A stretch of 64,000 bases of DNA from an uncultured Clostridia bacterium. GTDB taxonomy: Bacteria > Bacillota > Clostridia > Christensenellales > UBA1242. Location: assembly GCA_947054085.1 (NCBI GenBank), contig CAMRVD010000001.1, forward strand, positions 24,676 to 88,675, given 5' to 3'. The first letter of the stretch is position 1. Each line of letters opens with the position of its first letter. This document shows positions 16,953 through 26,310 of the stretch, piece by piece. The notes beneath the pieces are model-generated. The model was not told where the DNA came from, made no database searches, and was given only the letters and a program-made list of their open reading frames with translations. The translations under genes and the position numbers were made by a program.

Positions 16953-18635
16953 CTAATTTATTGTATTTGGTTTATAACTATCTTTAAGTGATACTGTGCG
17001 GTTAAACACAAGTTTGTCTGCAGTGCTGTCTTTATCTAGGCAGAAGTAGCCCGTACGCAAAAATTGATAGCGGTCGGTATAATTAAATTCTACATCGTCC
17101 TCTGCGTAGCAATTGTTTAAAATTGTTAGCGAATTTGGATTAAACTCGTCGTCCGCCGCCGTCTGCTCCTTGCCGCCAGCAGCATTATCTTCTTTTGGAA
17201 GTGTCAAGTTTTCGAATAGCCTAACTTCTACTTGTTTTGCGTGGTTCTGGTTAATCCAGTGAATTGTACCCTTAACTTTTTTAGTACAGTTACTACCAGA
17301 CTTTGTTTCTGGGTCGTAATCTGCATAAACAGTTGCAACATTACCGCTATCGTCCAAATCGTAGCCCGTACATTTTACAATAAATGCACCGTTTAACCTA
17401 ACTTCGTTACCTACAAAAAGTCTGCGATATTTTGGTGGCGGAGTAATTTCAAAGTCCGAACGCTCTATATATAAATTTTTACCAAAATAGTATTTGCGTT
17501 TAGAGGTTTCTTCCTTTTGAGGGTAATCTGCTAAACTTATTTCTATCTCCTCGTCATCTGCTAGGTTGTTTATAACAAGTTTAATAGGATCGGTTACAAC
17601 CATAACACGCTTAGAGCAATCGTTAAGGGTATTTCGCACAAAGTAGTCTAGCATTGCAGGATCTATAACCGACACTGCCTTACTTATGCCTGCCGCATAC
17701 ACAAAATCTATTAGGCTTTGAGGCAGTATTCCGCGGCGACGAAGCCCTCGGATTGTATAAAGCCTTGGGTCGTCAAAACCGCTAACTTTGCCCTCGTTTA
17801 CTAGTTTTTTTATAAACCTTTTGCCTAGTATTACGCCCTTTATATAAAGGTTAGCGTACTCTATTTGGCGGCTATGATTAGTAAGCCCGCTATTTTCTAC
17901 CACCCAGTTATATAGTGGACGGTGATCCTCAAACTCGGGACCGCAAAGTGAATGCGTTACCCCCTCGATGCAGTCGTCTAGTGGGTGCGAAAAGTCGTAC
18001 GATGGATAAATTTTCCACTTGTCGCCAATGCGTTGATGATGTAAGTATTGTATGCGGTAAATAACCGGGTCACGCATATTTATGTTAGGGTGAGCCATAT
18101 CTATTTTAGCCCTTAAGCACCTTTCGCCCTGCTTAAACTCGCCGTTTTTCATACGCTCAAAAAGGTCTAAATTCTCCTCTACACTGCGGTCACGGTATGG
18201 GCTGTTTTTGCCGGGAGTTGTAAGCGTTCCGCGGTAAGCAGAAACCTCTTCTGCAGAAAGGTCGTCTACATACGCCTTACCCTCTTTAATAAGTTTTACC
18301 GCTATTTGATAGTTTTGCTCAAAATAGTCGGTAGCGTAATAAATATTGCCCCAATTATACCCCAGCCATTTTACATCTTCCTGGATGGCGTCTACAAACT
18401 CTTGACTTTCCTTTTCGGGGTTGGTGTCGTCGTAACGCAAATTACAAACGCCGCCGTATTTTTTTGCCGTGCCATAGTTAAGTACAATGTTTCGTACATG
18501 GCCTATATGCATGTATCCGCTAGGCTCTGGTGGCTGACGGGTTTGAACAAAACCCTTAACCTTGCCCTCTAAAATATCTTTGTTAATTTCGGCTTCTATA
18601 AAGTTAGTCACCTCTATTGGTTTAGATTTTTCCAT
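16953..18635 (-). CDS. glnS: glutamine--tRNA ligase
   Basis: PEPSGYMHIGH (HIGH motif), …FDDPRLYTIRGLRRRG…, GlnRS-type C-terminal anticodon-binding region. ATG at 18635 preferred over the upstream extension. Confidence 0.88.
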   Translation of the reverse strand: MEKSKPIEVTNFIEAEINKDILEGKVKGFVQTRQPPEPSGYMHIGHVRNIVLNYGTAKKYGGVCNLRYDDTNPEKESQEFVDAIQEDVKWLGYNWGNIYYATDYFEQNYQIAVKLIKEGKAYVDDLSAEEVSAYRGTLTTPGKNSPYRDRSVEENLDLFERMKNGEFKQGERCLRAKIDMAHPNINMRDPVIYRIQYLHHQRIGDKWKIYPSYDFSHPLDDCIEGVTHSLCGPEFEDHRPLYNWVVENSGLTNHSRQIEYANLYIKGVILGKRFIKKLVNEGKVSGFDDPRLYTIRGLRRRGILPQSLIDFVYAAGISKAVSVIDPAMLDYFVRNTLNDCSKRVMVVTDPIKLVINNLADDEEIEISLADYPQKEETSKRKYYFGKNLYIERSDFEITPPPKYRRLFVGNEVRLNGAFIVKCTGYDLDDSGNVATVYADYDPETKSGSNCTKKVKGTIHWINQNHAKQVEVRLFENLTLPKEDNAAGGKEQTAADDEFNPNSLTILNNCYAEDDVEFNYTDRYQFLRTGYFCLDKDSTADKLVFNRTVSLKDSYKPNTIN

Positions 18636-18793
18636 ATAATTTCTCTTGATTAATATAATTTTATTTGTTTTTAAATTTTGTTTTAACAATAAGCATTAAA
18701 ATTAATGCGTAGATAAATTTGCTTTATCTTTAAAATAACTAAATTATCTTTTTGTATGTACCTATATGCTAAAAATAGCATTTAAATATTTTT

Positions 18794-20344
18794 CTAGCTA
18801 TCAAAAATATCGTCTACTGGAGGCATTGTGGCCTGCTGCTCTGGTGGAATATCACCGCCAGTATAACTAAATCCGCCGTAATCCGCCGACAAATCGTCAA
18901 AGCCCTTAGGTAGTTCGCTTTGCGGAATATCGCTAAAAATATCACTGACATTGCTGTCGTCTATAACTGCACCATGCATCGCTTCGTAGGCTTGCTCTAA
19001 ACTCTTTTCGTTTTGGTCTTTAGAAAGGTTTACAAAACTTACGCGGTTGCCGTCCCAACCAACATTAACGCTGCCTGGCTGACCATTACGGAATTTTGCA
19101 ATAATAAGCTCTGCAACATAGCTTTCGTTTTTAATTGGCTCGCCTTCTGGCTGATCTTTGCGGTCGATAAATATAATCATATCCGCGTCTTGCTCTATCG
19201 CACCGGACTCTCTTAGGTCGCTTAGCATTGGGCGATGACCTTGTCTGCTTTCTACCGCACGTGATAACTGCGAAAGCACAATTACTGGCACATCTATTTC
19301 TTTGGCTAATATTTTCATGTTACGACTCATCTCCGATACTTCGGTTTGACGATTATCGGTTTTAGAATCGCCCGTCATAAGCTGAAGATAGTCTACAACC
19401 ACTAGGTCTAGTCCGCGTTCGCGTTTAAGCTTACGGCATTTTGCTAGTATTTGCGATGGTTTATTTAAGCTATTGTCGTCGCAATAAATGCTAGCCCCCG
19501 CAAGTTTTTTATGCGCACCCCAAAGCTTAACCCAATCGCGTTCGTTTAACTCGCCCGCTCTGGCCTTACCCATATCTACACCTGCAATCGAGCATAGCAT
19601 ACGCTGTGCAAGTTGCTCTCGCCCCATTTCCAAGCTAAATATGGCACATTTTGCTTTGTCATCTATAGCGGCGTTGCTAACAATGTTCATAGCTAAACTG
19701 GTTTTACCTATGCCGGGACGTGCAGCTAAAATAATTAAATCGGTCTTTTGAAGCCCACCTATTTTTTTATCTAAAGCAATAAATCCAGTACGAACACCAC
19801 GTTTAGTACCACCATCTTGATTAATTTCTTCAAAAATTTCCATGGCGTTATTAAACGCACCACTCATGTTTTCTAGCCCACTAGAAGAACCGTCTTCGCC
19901 AATTTCGTACAATGCCTTTTCTGCATCGGCTAAAATATCTGTACTGTCTGCTTCGTAAGCTTTGCTTGCAACATTAGAACATGTTTCGATTATCTGGCGA
20001 AGAACACTATCGCGTTTTACAATCTCGGTATAACTTGCATGATACGCACTACTAGGCACAGCATTAGTAAGGCTTGTTATGTAGTTTATGCCTCCAACAG
20101 CTTCTAACTTTTCACGTTTTTCTAGTATATCTATAAGAGTTACAAAATCTACTGGTTTTGCTTGCAAATATAAGTCCTTCATAGCCTCAAAAATTATTTT
20201 ATGAGTTTCGCTATAAAAATCCTTAGGCTCTAGCTGCCCCACTATTGTTTCTGCAGCTAAGCTATCTATAAGTGCACTGCAAAGCACTGCTTGCTCTGCC
20301 TCCAAATTATTTGGCATAACCCTTGCTGTAACTTTTTTTGCCAT
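18794..20344 (-). CDS. dnaB: replicative DNA helicase DnaB with about 80-aa acidic C-terminal extension
   Basis: NLEAEQAVLCSALID…, Walker A ARPGIGKTS, …VVVDYLQLM…SQLSR. ATG at 20344 with AGGAG SD. Confidence 0.93.
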   Translation of the reverse strand: MAKKVTARVMPNNLEAEQAVLCSALIDSLAAETIVGQLEPKDFYSETHKIIFEAMKDLYLQAKPVDFVTLIDILEKREKLEAVGGINYITSLTNAVPSSAYHASYTEIVKRDSVLRQIIETCSNVASKAYEADSTDILADAEKALYEIGEDGSSSGLENMSGAFNNAMEIFEEINQDGGTKRGVRTGFIALDKKIGGLQKTDLIILAARPGIGKTSLAMNIVSNAAIDDKAKCAIFSLEMGREQLAQRMLCSIAGVDMGKARAGELNERDWVKLWGAHKKLAGASIYCDDNSLNKPSQILAKCRKLKRERGLDLVVVDYLQLMTGDSKTDNRQTEVSEMSRNMKILAKEIDVPVIVLSQLSRAVESRQGHRPMLSDLRESGAIEQDADMIIFIDRKDQPEGEPIKNESYVAELIIAKFRNGQPGSVNVGWDGNRVSFVNLSKDQNEKSLEQAYEAMHGAVIDDSNVSDIFSDIPQSELPKGFDDLSADYGGFSYTGGDIPPEQQATMPPVDDIFDS

Positions 20345-20581
20345 CAACATGCTCCTATGTATAAAAATATATATAAAATATACTACTAATAAAGCCAAAC
20401 TGTCAAGAACAAATAATAAACCGAGCATACATTGTATAATTTGGTTTATTTAAACAACATGTTCCACAAATTTTATAAATATAATTTCTACTCAAAACAA
20501 AAACACCAGCATAACGCCAGTTGTTTTTTTATTAATATATTTCCTAAGTTTTATGGTTAAACCAAAAAAATTACTATACCC

Positions 20582-20710
20582 TTTAAACGGCGAGAATTAG
20601 TGCAAGATGAGTGCTCTAAAAAAGCCAGCGATGGAAGTTTACTTTGCGTAAATGACCAGTGCTGGCGTTTTTAAGAAAGCGAAATATTGTACTAATTATC
20701 GCCGTTTAAA
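20582..20710 (+). repeat. full-length 129-nt palindromic element (H) overlapping the rpsR stop codon
   Basis: TTTAAACGGCGA/TCGCCGTTTAAA and GAATTAGTGCAA/TTGTACTAATT outer stems. Inner stem AAAAAAGCCAGC/GCTGGCGTTTTT. Apex GGAAGTTTACTTTGCGTAAATGAC. Confidence 0.8.
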
Positions 20711-20969
20711 TTGTTTTGTATGGAAGCAATGCCATAACCCTTGCCCTTTTAATAGCGCCCTGAAGTTCGCGTTGATGTTTTGCACAAACGCCGGTTGTTC
20801 TACGAGGTAAAATTTTACCTTTTTCGGTCATAAATCTACGAAGTTTAGTTGTATCTTTATAATCGATAGAAGCTTTTTCTGTGCAGAAAGCACAAACTTT
20901 TTTTACGCTTTTACGGGTTTTTTTAGGGTTTTTATCATCGCCATCGTTTTTTACGATCTTTTTGTTCAT
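20706..20969 (-). CDS. rpsR: 30S ribosomal protein S18
   Basis: …[46 protein letters not shown]… canonical S18. Confidence 0.93.
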   Translation of the reverse strand: MNKKIVKNDGDDKNPKKTRKSVKKVCAFCTEKASIDYKDTTKLRRFMTEKGKILPRRTTGVCAKHQRELQGAIKRARVMALLPYKTI

Positions 20970-21134
20970 GATATATCTCCTATTATTTTTTTCTTAATTG
21001 TGGGCAAAAATTTGCCACAAAACACGCAAAATTAATGCAAAAATCATTAAAAATGCAGTAAATTTTGATGATTTTGGCCTGTTGGCTAACTAATAGCACT
21101 AATTAAAATGGATGACCCTGCTCTTTTATTTTAA

Positions 21135-21554
21135 TTAGAATGGCAAATTGTCATCGTCGATAGGCTCAAACTTATTTACAACATTAGTTGTTGGTTTTTC
21201 GCCTACTTCTGTTTCGCCGTCGTCTTCTGACATAGCCGACTTGGTAGATAAAAATTCTACATCGTCAGCCACAATTTCGGTCATGTATCTTCTTGTACCC
21301 TCTGGAGTATCGTATACTCTAGTTTGAATAGTACCGCTAACAGCTGCTTTGCTACCTTTTTTTAAATATTTATAGCAGTTGTCGGCTGCCCCCCTCCAAA
21401 CGATGATAGAAAGAAAATCAGCTTCTCTTTCCCCGTTAGGGCTAGTGTATCTTCTTGGTACTGCAAGGGTAAATTTACACAAACTTACACCATTTGTAGT
21501 TGTGCTTAATTCTGGATCCTTTGTTAAGTTTCCAATTAAAATTACTTTGTTCAT
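21135..21554 (-). CDS. ssb: single-stranded DNA-binding protein
   Basis: MNKVILIGNLTKDPEL… OB fold; C-terminal tip DDDNLPF. Confidence 0.93.
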   Translation of the reverse strand: MNKVILIGNLTKDPELSTTTNGVSLCKFTLAVPRRYTSPNGEREADFLSIIVWRGAADNCYKYLKKGSKAAVSGTIQTRVYDTPEGTRRYMTEIVADDVEFLSTKSAMSEDDGETEVGEKPTTNVVNKFEPIDDDNLPF

Positions 21555-21578
21555 AATTACTCCTAAAGATTGGCAAAC

Positions 21579-21860
21579 TTATTTTGCAACAATCATATGT
21601 CTAACAACATTTTCGGTAATGTTTAGTAGATCAGATATTGGTTTTATTGCATTAACTTCTGCTTTAAAAGTTAGTAAGCAATAATATCCTTCGGTTGTGT
21701 AGTTAATAGCATAAGCATATTTTTTTACGCCCCATTTATCTACACTTAGTTCTTTACCGCCATTAGCTTCTACAATAGAACTAACCTTATCTACTAATGC
21801 TTGTTTTTGCTCGTCAGAAAGACTTGCATTTATTATATAAAGCATTTCGTAAGATTTCAT
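21579..21860 (-). CDS. rpsF: 30S ribosomal protein S6
   Basis: MKSYEMLYIINASL…; rpsF-ssb-rpsR gene order. Confidence 0.9.
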   Translation of the reverse strand: MKSYEMLYIINASLSDEQKQALVDKVSSIVEANGGKELSVDKWGVKKYAYAINYTTEGYYCLLTFKAEVNAIKPISDLLNITENVVRHMIVAK

Positions 21861-22100
21861 TGATAACTACCTCCTTATGGACTCATTCGGTTAAAGTTAA
21901 TATCTTTAACAAGGAATTGCTAAGTAGGATTATAACATACCGACTATACATAAATCAAGTACTTTACAAAAATAGCCAAGACTATTTATAAACTAAAAAC
22001 ATATACTAATATATATTATCTTAATTAAATACTTTTAGGTTGACAATACATGTTTTTTTGTGTACTATATATACTAGAATAGTTTAAAGTGGAGAGAATT

Positions 22101-24860
22101 ATGGCAAAAAAATCTTTACCAAATCAAGTAAATTTAGACGACGTTTTAAATGGCGGAGCTAAGTCTTCTGCTACCAAAAAAACAACAAAAAGTTCAAAAA
22201 ATGTTGCCAAAAATAACTCTACCAATAAATCTACCACAAATAAACAAAAAACAACTAAATCAAAAACCCAAAACAAACAATACGAGCAAAGTGTAATGGA
22301 ATCACCACTTGCAAAATCAGAAAATGAAGTTGTAATTAAAGTTAATTTAGACGACGTTGCACTTGACGCAGAGCAAAAAATAGAAAAACCTAAAAAGAAA
22401 AACAAAAACGAAACCAAAAAAGACAAATCTTTAAAATCCGATAAAAAAAGAGGTTTACACATTACTTTACCGTTTTCTAAAAAACAAGAGCCCGAAGTTG
22501 TGCCAAAACGTGTTAAACGTGTACGTGCAGACTATAATGTAGGTCTTACTGGCGATCAAGTTCAAGAACGTATAACAAAAGAGCAAACAAATAAAACTCC
22601 AAACCAAAACGTAAAAACCTATAAGAGTATTTTTATAGAGAATATCTTTACATTTTTAAACATTTTGTGTTTTGGTATAGCCATAAGCTTAATGTGCGTA
22701 GGTGCGTTTAGCGATTGCTTAGGCATAATTATAATCCTAGTTAATATTTGCGTAGGTATTTTCCAAGAAATCCGTGCTAAAATTACAATCGAAAAGCTAA
22801 GCCTTTTAACCGCTCCTGCCGTAAAAGTAATGCGTGAAGGAATAGAAACCACTATCTCTACCGACGAAGTTGTTATAGACGATATTATTATGCTTAGCAC
22901 TGGTAAACAGATAGTAGCCGATAGCGTAATTGTGGAAGGCAGCCTAGAAGTTAACGAAAGTATGCTAACTGGCGAAAGTCAGCCTATAAAAAAGAATAAG
23001 GGCGATACAATTTTTGCTGGTAGCTTTGTTGTAAGCGGACACGCTTACGCAAGGGTAGAAAAAGTTGGTAAAGCCAACTACATTCAGCAACTTGCTGGCA
23101 AAGCCAAAAAATATAAAAGACCAAAATCCGAACTTTTTAGTTCGCTTAAAAATATAATTAGAGTTATTGGCTTTATAATTATCCCAGTCGGAATACTTAT
23201 GTATGTTAATAACTATATTCGCTCGGACGGAAGCATTACCACAACAATTACCGGAACTGCTGGTAGCCTTATGGGCATGATACCATCTGGAATGTTTTTG
23301 CTTTGTACTGTGTCTTTAGCGTTATCGGTAATTAAACTTGCCCGCAAAAAAGCACTTGTTCAAGACCTTTATTGCGTAGAAATGCTAGCACGCGTAAATG
23401 TGCTATGTCTAGACAAAACCGGTACTATAACAGACGGCACTATGAAAGTTTATAACTGCTTACAACTAACTGATACCGACTTTACCTTAAAACGCATAAT
23501 GGGTAGTATGTTATCGGCACTGGGCGACAACAATCAAACTAGTCAGGCACTTATTAACTATTTTGGTTACAATAAGGAACTAAAGCCTGTAACTACTCTT
23601 CCGTTTAGCTCTAGCCGTAAACTTAGTGCCGTAACTTTCGAAAATGCTGGTACATATATAATGGGTGCTCCAGAGTTTGTTATACCAAATAATCCAGACC
23701 AAAAACTTAATAATATGGTAGAACAATATTCTAAAGACGGCTATCGAGTACTGTTATTGGCTCATAGTAACTACAGCATTACCAAGGAAAATCCACCAAG
23801 TAATCGTCATGCAATAGCTCTGCTGATACTAGAAGATCGCATCCGTGACGACGCAGTAGAAACCATTAAATGGTTTAAAAATAACAATGTAAATATAAAA
23901 ATTATCTCGGGTGACAACCCACTAACCGTTTCGGAAATTGCAAAACGCGTGGGCGTAACCGGCACAGAAAATTTAATAAGCCTAGAAGGTTTAAACGAAA
24001 AACAAGTTATAGCTGCTGCAAACAAATATACAGTTTTTGGCAGAGTTACTCCAGAACAAAAAGCAATACTTGTAAAAGCTCTAAAAGCAACTGGCAACAC
24101 AGTAGCCATGACAGGCGACGGCGTAAACGATATATTGGCTCTTAAAGAAGCCGACTGCTCTATTGCTATGGCTAGCGGTAACGAAGCAGTTAGAAGTGTT
24201 TCGCATATGGTTCTGCTAGACAGTAACTTTAGCAGTATGCCTGCAACTGTACTAGAAGGCAGACGCGTTATTAATAACATGCAAAAAGCAAGTGCACTAT
24301 TTTTTATGAAAACGCTGTTTACTATAGTGCTTTCGGTTCTGGTGCTTATATGTGGACTAAGTTATCCACTAAGAACCGTAAATATGCTAATGATGGAGAT
24401 GTTTGTAATTGGAATACCGTCGTTCTTCTTGGCATTTTTACCTAACGATAAACAGGTAGAAGGTAAATTTATATTAAATCTATTTAAAAATGCCCTACCT
24501 GGTGCATTAACACTAATAATTAACACCGCTGCTGTTTATATATTCTGCTTAGTTGTAGACGGCTCGGCAGTTGCAGACAATATTGTACCAATCATAACTA
24601 CAATGCTTACCATAACAATAACATTTAGTGGACTTGCAATGCTAGCACGGCTTTGTAAGCCATTTAGAACACTAACCGCTATTATGTGGTGCGTTATGGC
24701 AGCAATCTGCTTAATATTTATTGCTACGATGCCAAGCTTCTTTGGGTTAGTAGCACTGGATTTAAGTCACACATTGTTTACTATAATTTTGGTACTTTTG
24801 TCACCATCACTAATAAACTTAATGTTTACCCTAACTGATAAAATACGATTTAAAGACTAA
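22101..24860 (+). CDS. cation-transporting P-type ATPase (HAD-IC type) with Lys/Thr/Asn-rich N-terminal extension
   Basis: TGESQP, CLDKTGTIT (phosphorylation site), MTGDGVNDILALKEAD. GGAGAG SD then ATG at 22101. Confidence 0.88.
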   Translation: MAKKSLPNQVNLDDVLNGGAKSSATKKTTKSSKNVAKNNSTNKSTTNKQKTTKSKTQNKQYEQSVMESPLAKSENEVVIKVNLDDVALDAEQKIEKPKKKNKNETKKDKSLKSDKKRGLHITLPFSKKQEPEVVPKRVKRVRADYNVGLTGDQVQERITKEQTNKTPNQNVKTYKSIFIENIFTFLNILCFGIAISLMCVGAFSDCLGIIIILVNICVGIFQEIRAKITIEKLSLLTAPAVKVMREGIETTISTDEVVIDDIIMLSTGKQIVADSVIVEGSLEVNESMLTGESQPIKKNKGDTIFAGSFVVSGHAYARVEKVGKANYIQQLAGKAKKYKRPKSELFSSLKNIIRVIGFIIIPVGILMYVNNYIRSDGSITTTITGTAGSLMGMIPSGMFLLCTVSLALSVIKLARKKALVQDLYCVEMLARVNVLCLDKTGTITDGTMKVYNCLQLTDTDFTLKRIMGSMLSALGDNNQTSQALINYFGYNKELKPVTTLPFSSSRKLSAVTFENAGTYIMGAPEFVIPNNPDQKLNNMVEQYSKDGYRVLLLAHSNYSITKENPPSNRHAIALLILEDRIRDDAVETIKWFKNNNVNIKIISGDNPLTVSEIAKRVGVTGTENLISLEGLNEKQVIAAANKYTVFGRVTPEQKAILVKALKATGNTVAMTGDGVNDILALKEADCSIAMASGNEAVRSVSHMVLLDSNFSSMPATVLEGRRVINNMQKASALFFMKTLFTIVLSVLVLICGLSYPLRTVNMLMMEMFVIGIPSFFLAFLPNDKQVEGKFILNLFKNALPGALTLIINTAAVYIFCLVVDGSAVADNIVPIITTMLTITITFSGLAMLARLCKPFRTLTAIMWCVMAAICLIFIATMPSFFGLVALDLSHTLFTIILVLLSPSLINLMFTLTDKIRFKD

Positions 24861-24872
24861 TATTAAAACATC

Positions 24873-24903
24873 AAAAGCCTAGCAGAATTTAGCTAGGCTT
24901 TTG
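24873..24903 (+). terminator. intrinsic terminator after the ATPase gene
   Basis: AAAGCCTAGC-AGAATTTA-GCTAGGCTTTT. Confidence 0.75.
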
Positions 24904-24905
24904 TA

Positions 24906-24933
24906 TTGACAAAATTATTTTTTATGGTAAAAT
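24906..24933 (+). promoter_or_regulatory. sigma-A promoter (extended -10) for 24956..26191
   Basis: TTGACA, 16 nt ending in TGG, TAAAAT; AAGGAG SD follows. Confidence 0.6.
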
Positions 24934-24955
24934 TAAAAGGCGTTAAGGAGATATT

Positions 24956-26191
24956 ATGGATAAAAAAGATATTGACGAATTAAATAATATAATTAAATAC
25001 ATAAATCATGCTCAAGAAACAGACGATACCTTTACCCAAACATTAGCTACTATTTCCAAAACTCTCCCCGAAAAATTGCTATATGTTATGAATAATTGCA
25101 ATAATTTTTTATTAGCAATAAAAAACAACGATGATCTTGTTTGTGACGTTTATGCAACAATTAATAGTGCAGACAGTAATTTACTATATGATTATATAAA
25201 AGATCCACAAATTTTAAATTTTAGTAGTAAAATGACGCAAATATTTTGCAAAAAACTTTTAGCCGACAATAATTTTGATAATAATTATTTAGCAGAGTTA
25301 CTAATTGCAAATAAAAGTAAAATAGGCAAAATTTTATTTGAAAAGCTTTATAATTTAGTGGATTTACAAACTCAAATAAATCTTGCGTTAAATAAAAAAC
25401 AGCTTAGTGGCGAATATCCGTCTTTAAATATGCTTAATAATTTGTCTAATATTGCATATATAAATAACGACTTCGATTTGGCTATAAAGTTATTAGACAC
25501 ATACAAAAATTTATATAATAATATAACGGATTTGAAAGATCAAAAAGTTTTGCAAAATATGTCTGATAATTCGGCTTTACAAACAATATCTTCTGCCAGT
25601 GACTATTTGTATCTTGTAATGCAAAATTCTGCTAATATAAATAATTATAATCAAGCATTGGAGTTTTGTAATAAACTATCAGAACTTAGCATTAATCCAA
25701 TTAATTTTTACTATACATTAGCGAATTTACAAGTAGAATCAGATAATATAAAAGACTACGAAAATTTACTTTTAAAACTAAGCGAATTAAATTTACAAGA
25801 CGATGCTTATAAAATTTTTGAGCAGAATTTTTGTAAATATATAACTGATCCTACAAAGTACGTAAAAGTATTTGATAACCCATGTGCAGACCATGATAGA
25901 TTGATAATGGGGTTTCATTCGCTCACTAAATTTGATAATATTAACGACTATTTTAACGCCGCACTAGAAATTGCAAAAAAAACACATGCAAACAAATATT
26001 TGCAATCTCAAATTTTTGCAACATGTGCAAACCCTAAACTAATTAAGGAATACATTAGCACTTGTAACGACGAAGACATTGCTTATCTTAAAACCCTACA
26101 AAGTCATAATAAATACTTAAAAAAAGTACTTGATAAAGGCGATTTTAAAATAGTGGAGCAATCCATAACCCAGCCAAATACCCTGTTTTAA
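24956..26191 (+). CDS. hypothetical Asn/Leu-rich helical-repeat protein (411 aa)
   Basis: Clean ORF with promoter, SD and terminator. No family recognised. Confidence 0.55.
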   Translation: MDKKDIDELNNIIKYINHAQETDDTFTQTLATISKTLPEKLLYVMNNCNNFLLAIKNNDDLVCDVYATINSADSNLLYDYIKDPQILNFSSKMTQIFCKKLLADNNFDNNYLAELLIANKSKIGKILFEKLYNLVDLQTQINLALNKKQLSGEYPSLNMLNNLSNIAYINNDFDLAIKLLDTYKNLYNNITDLKDQKVLQNMSDNSALQTISSASDYLYLVMQNSANINNYNQALEFCNKLSELSINPINFYYTLANLQVESDNIKDYENLLLKLSELNLQDDAYKIFEQNFCKYITDPTKYVKVFDNPCADHDRLIMGFHSLTKFDNINDYFNAALEIAKKTHANKYLQSQIFATCANPKLIKEYISTCNDEDIAYLKTLQSHNKYLKKVLDKGDFKIVEQSITQPNTLF

Positions 26192-26211
26192 AATATTATA
26201 ATTCTACACAG

Positions 26212-26243
26212 AAAAATCCACTTTTAACTAAGTGGATTTTTTT
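26212..26243. terminator. bidirectional intrinsic terminator
   Basis: AAAAATCCACT-TTTAACTA-AGTGGATTTTTTT between convergent genes. Confidence 0.75.
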
Positions 26244-26310
26244 AATAATAATTTTTACTTTTATTTTATTTTATTTTTAAATTTATTATTTTATCTTGCT
26301 TACTTTAAAT

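Noticed and set aside
20606-20686. Hammerhead-like ribozyme core (GATGAG … GAAA) in the element's internal loop
   Set aside because: The left block is G-R-Y-GAG-W-GC, not CUGANGA. The order and spacing of helices do not match a three-way junction, and the other copies (GGCGAG, GACGAG) break the resemblance.
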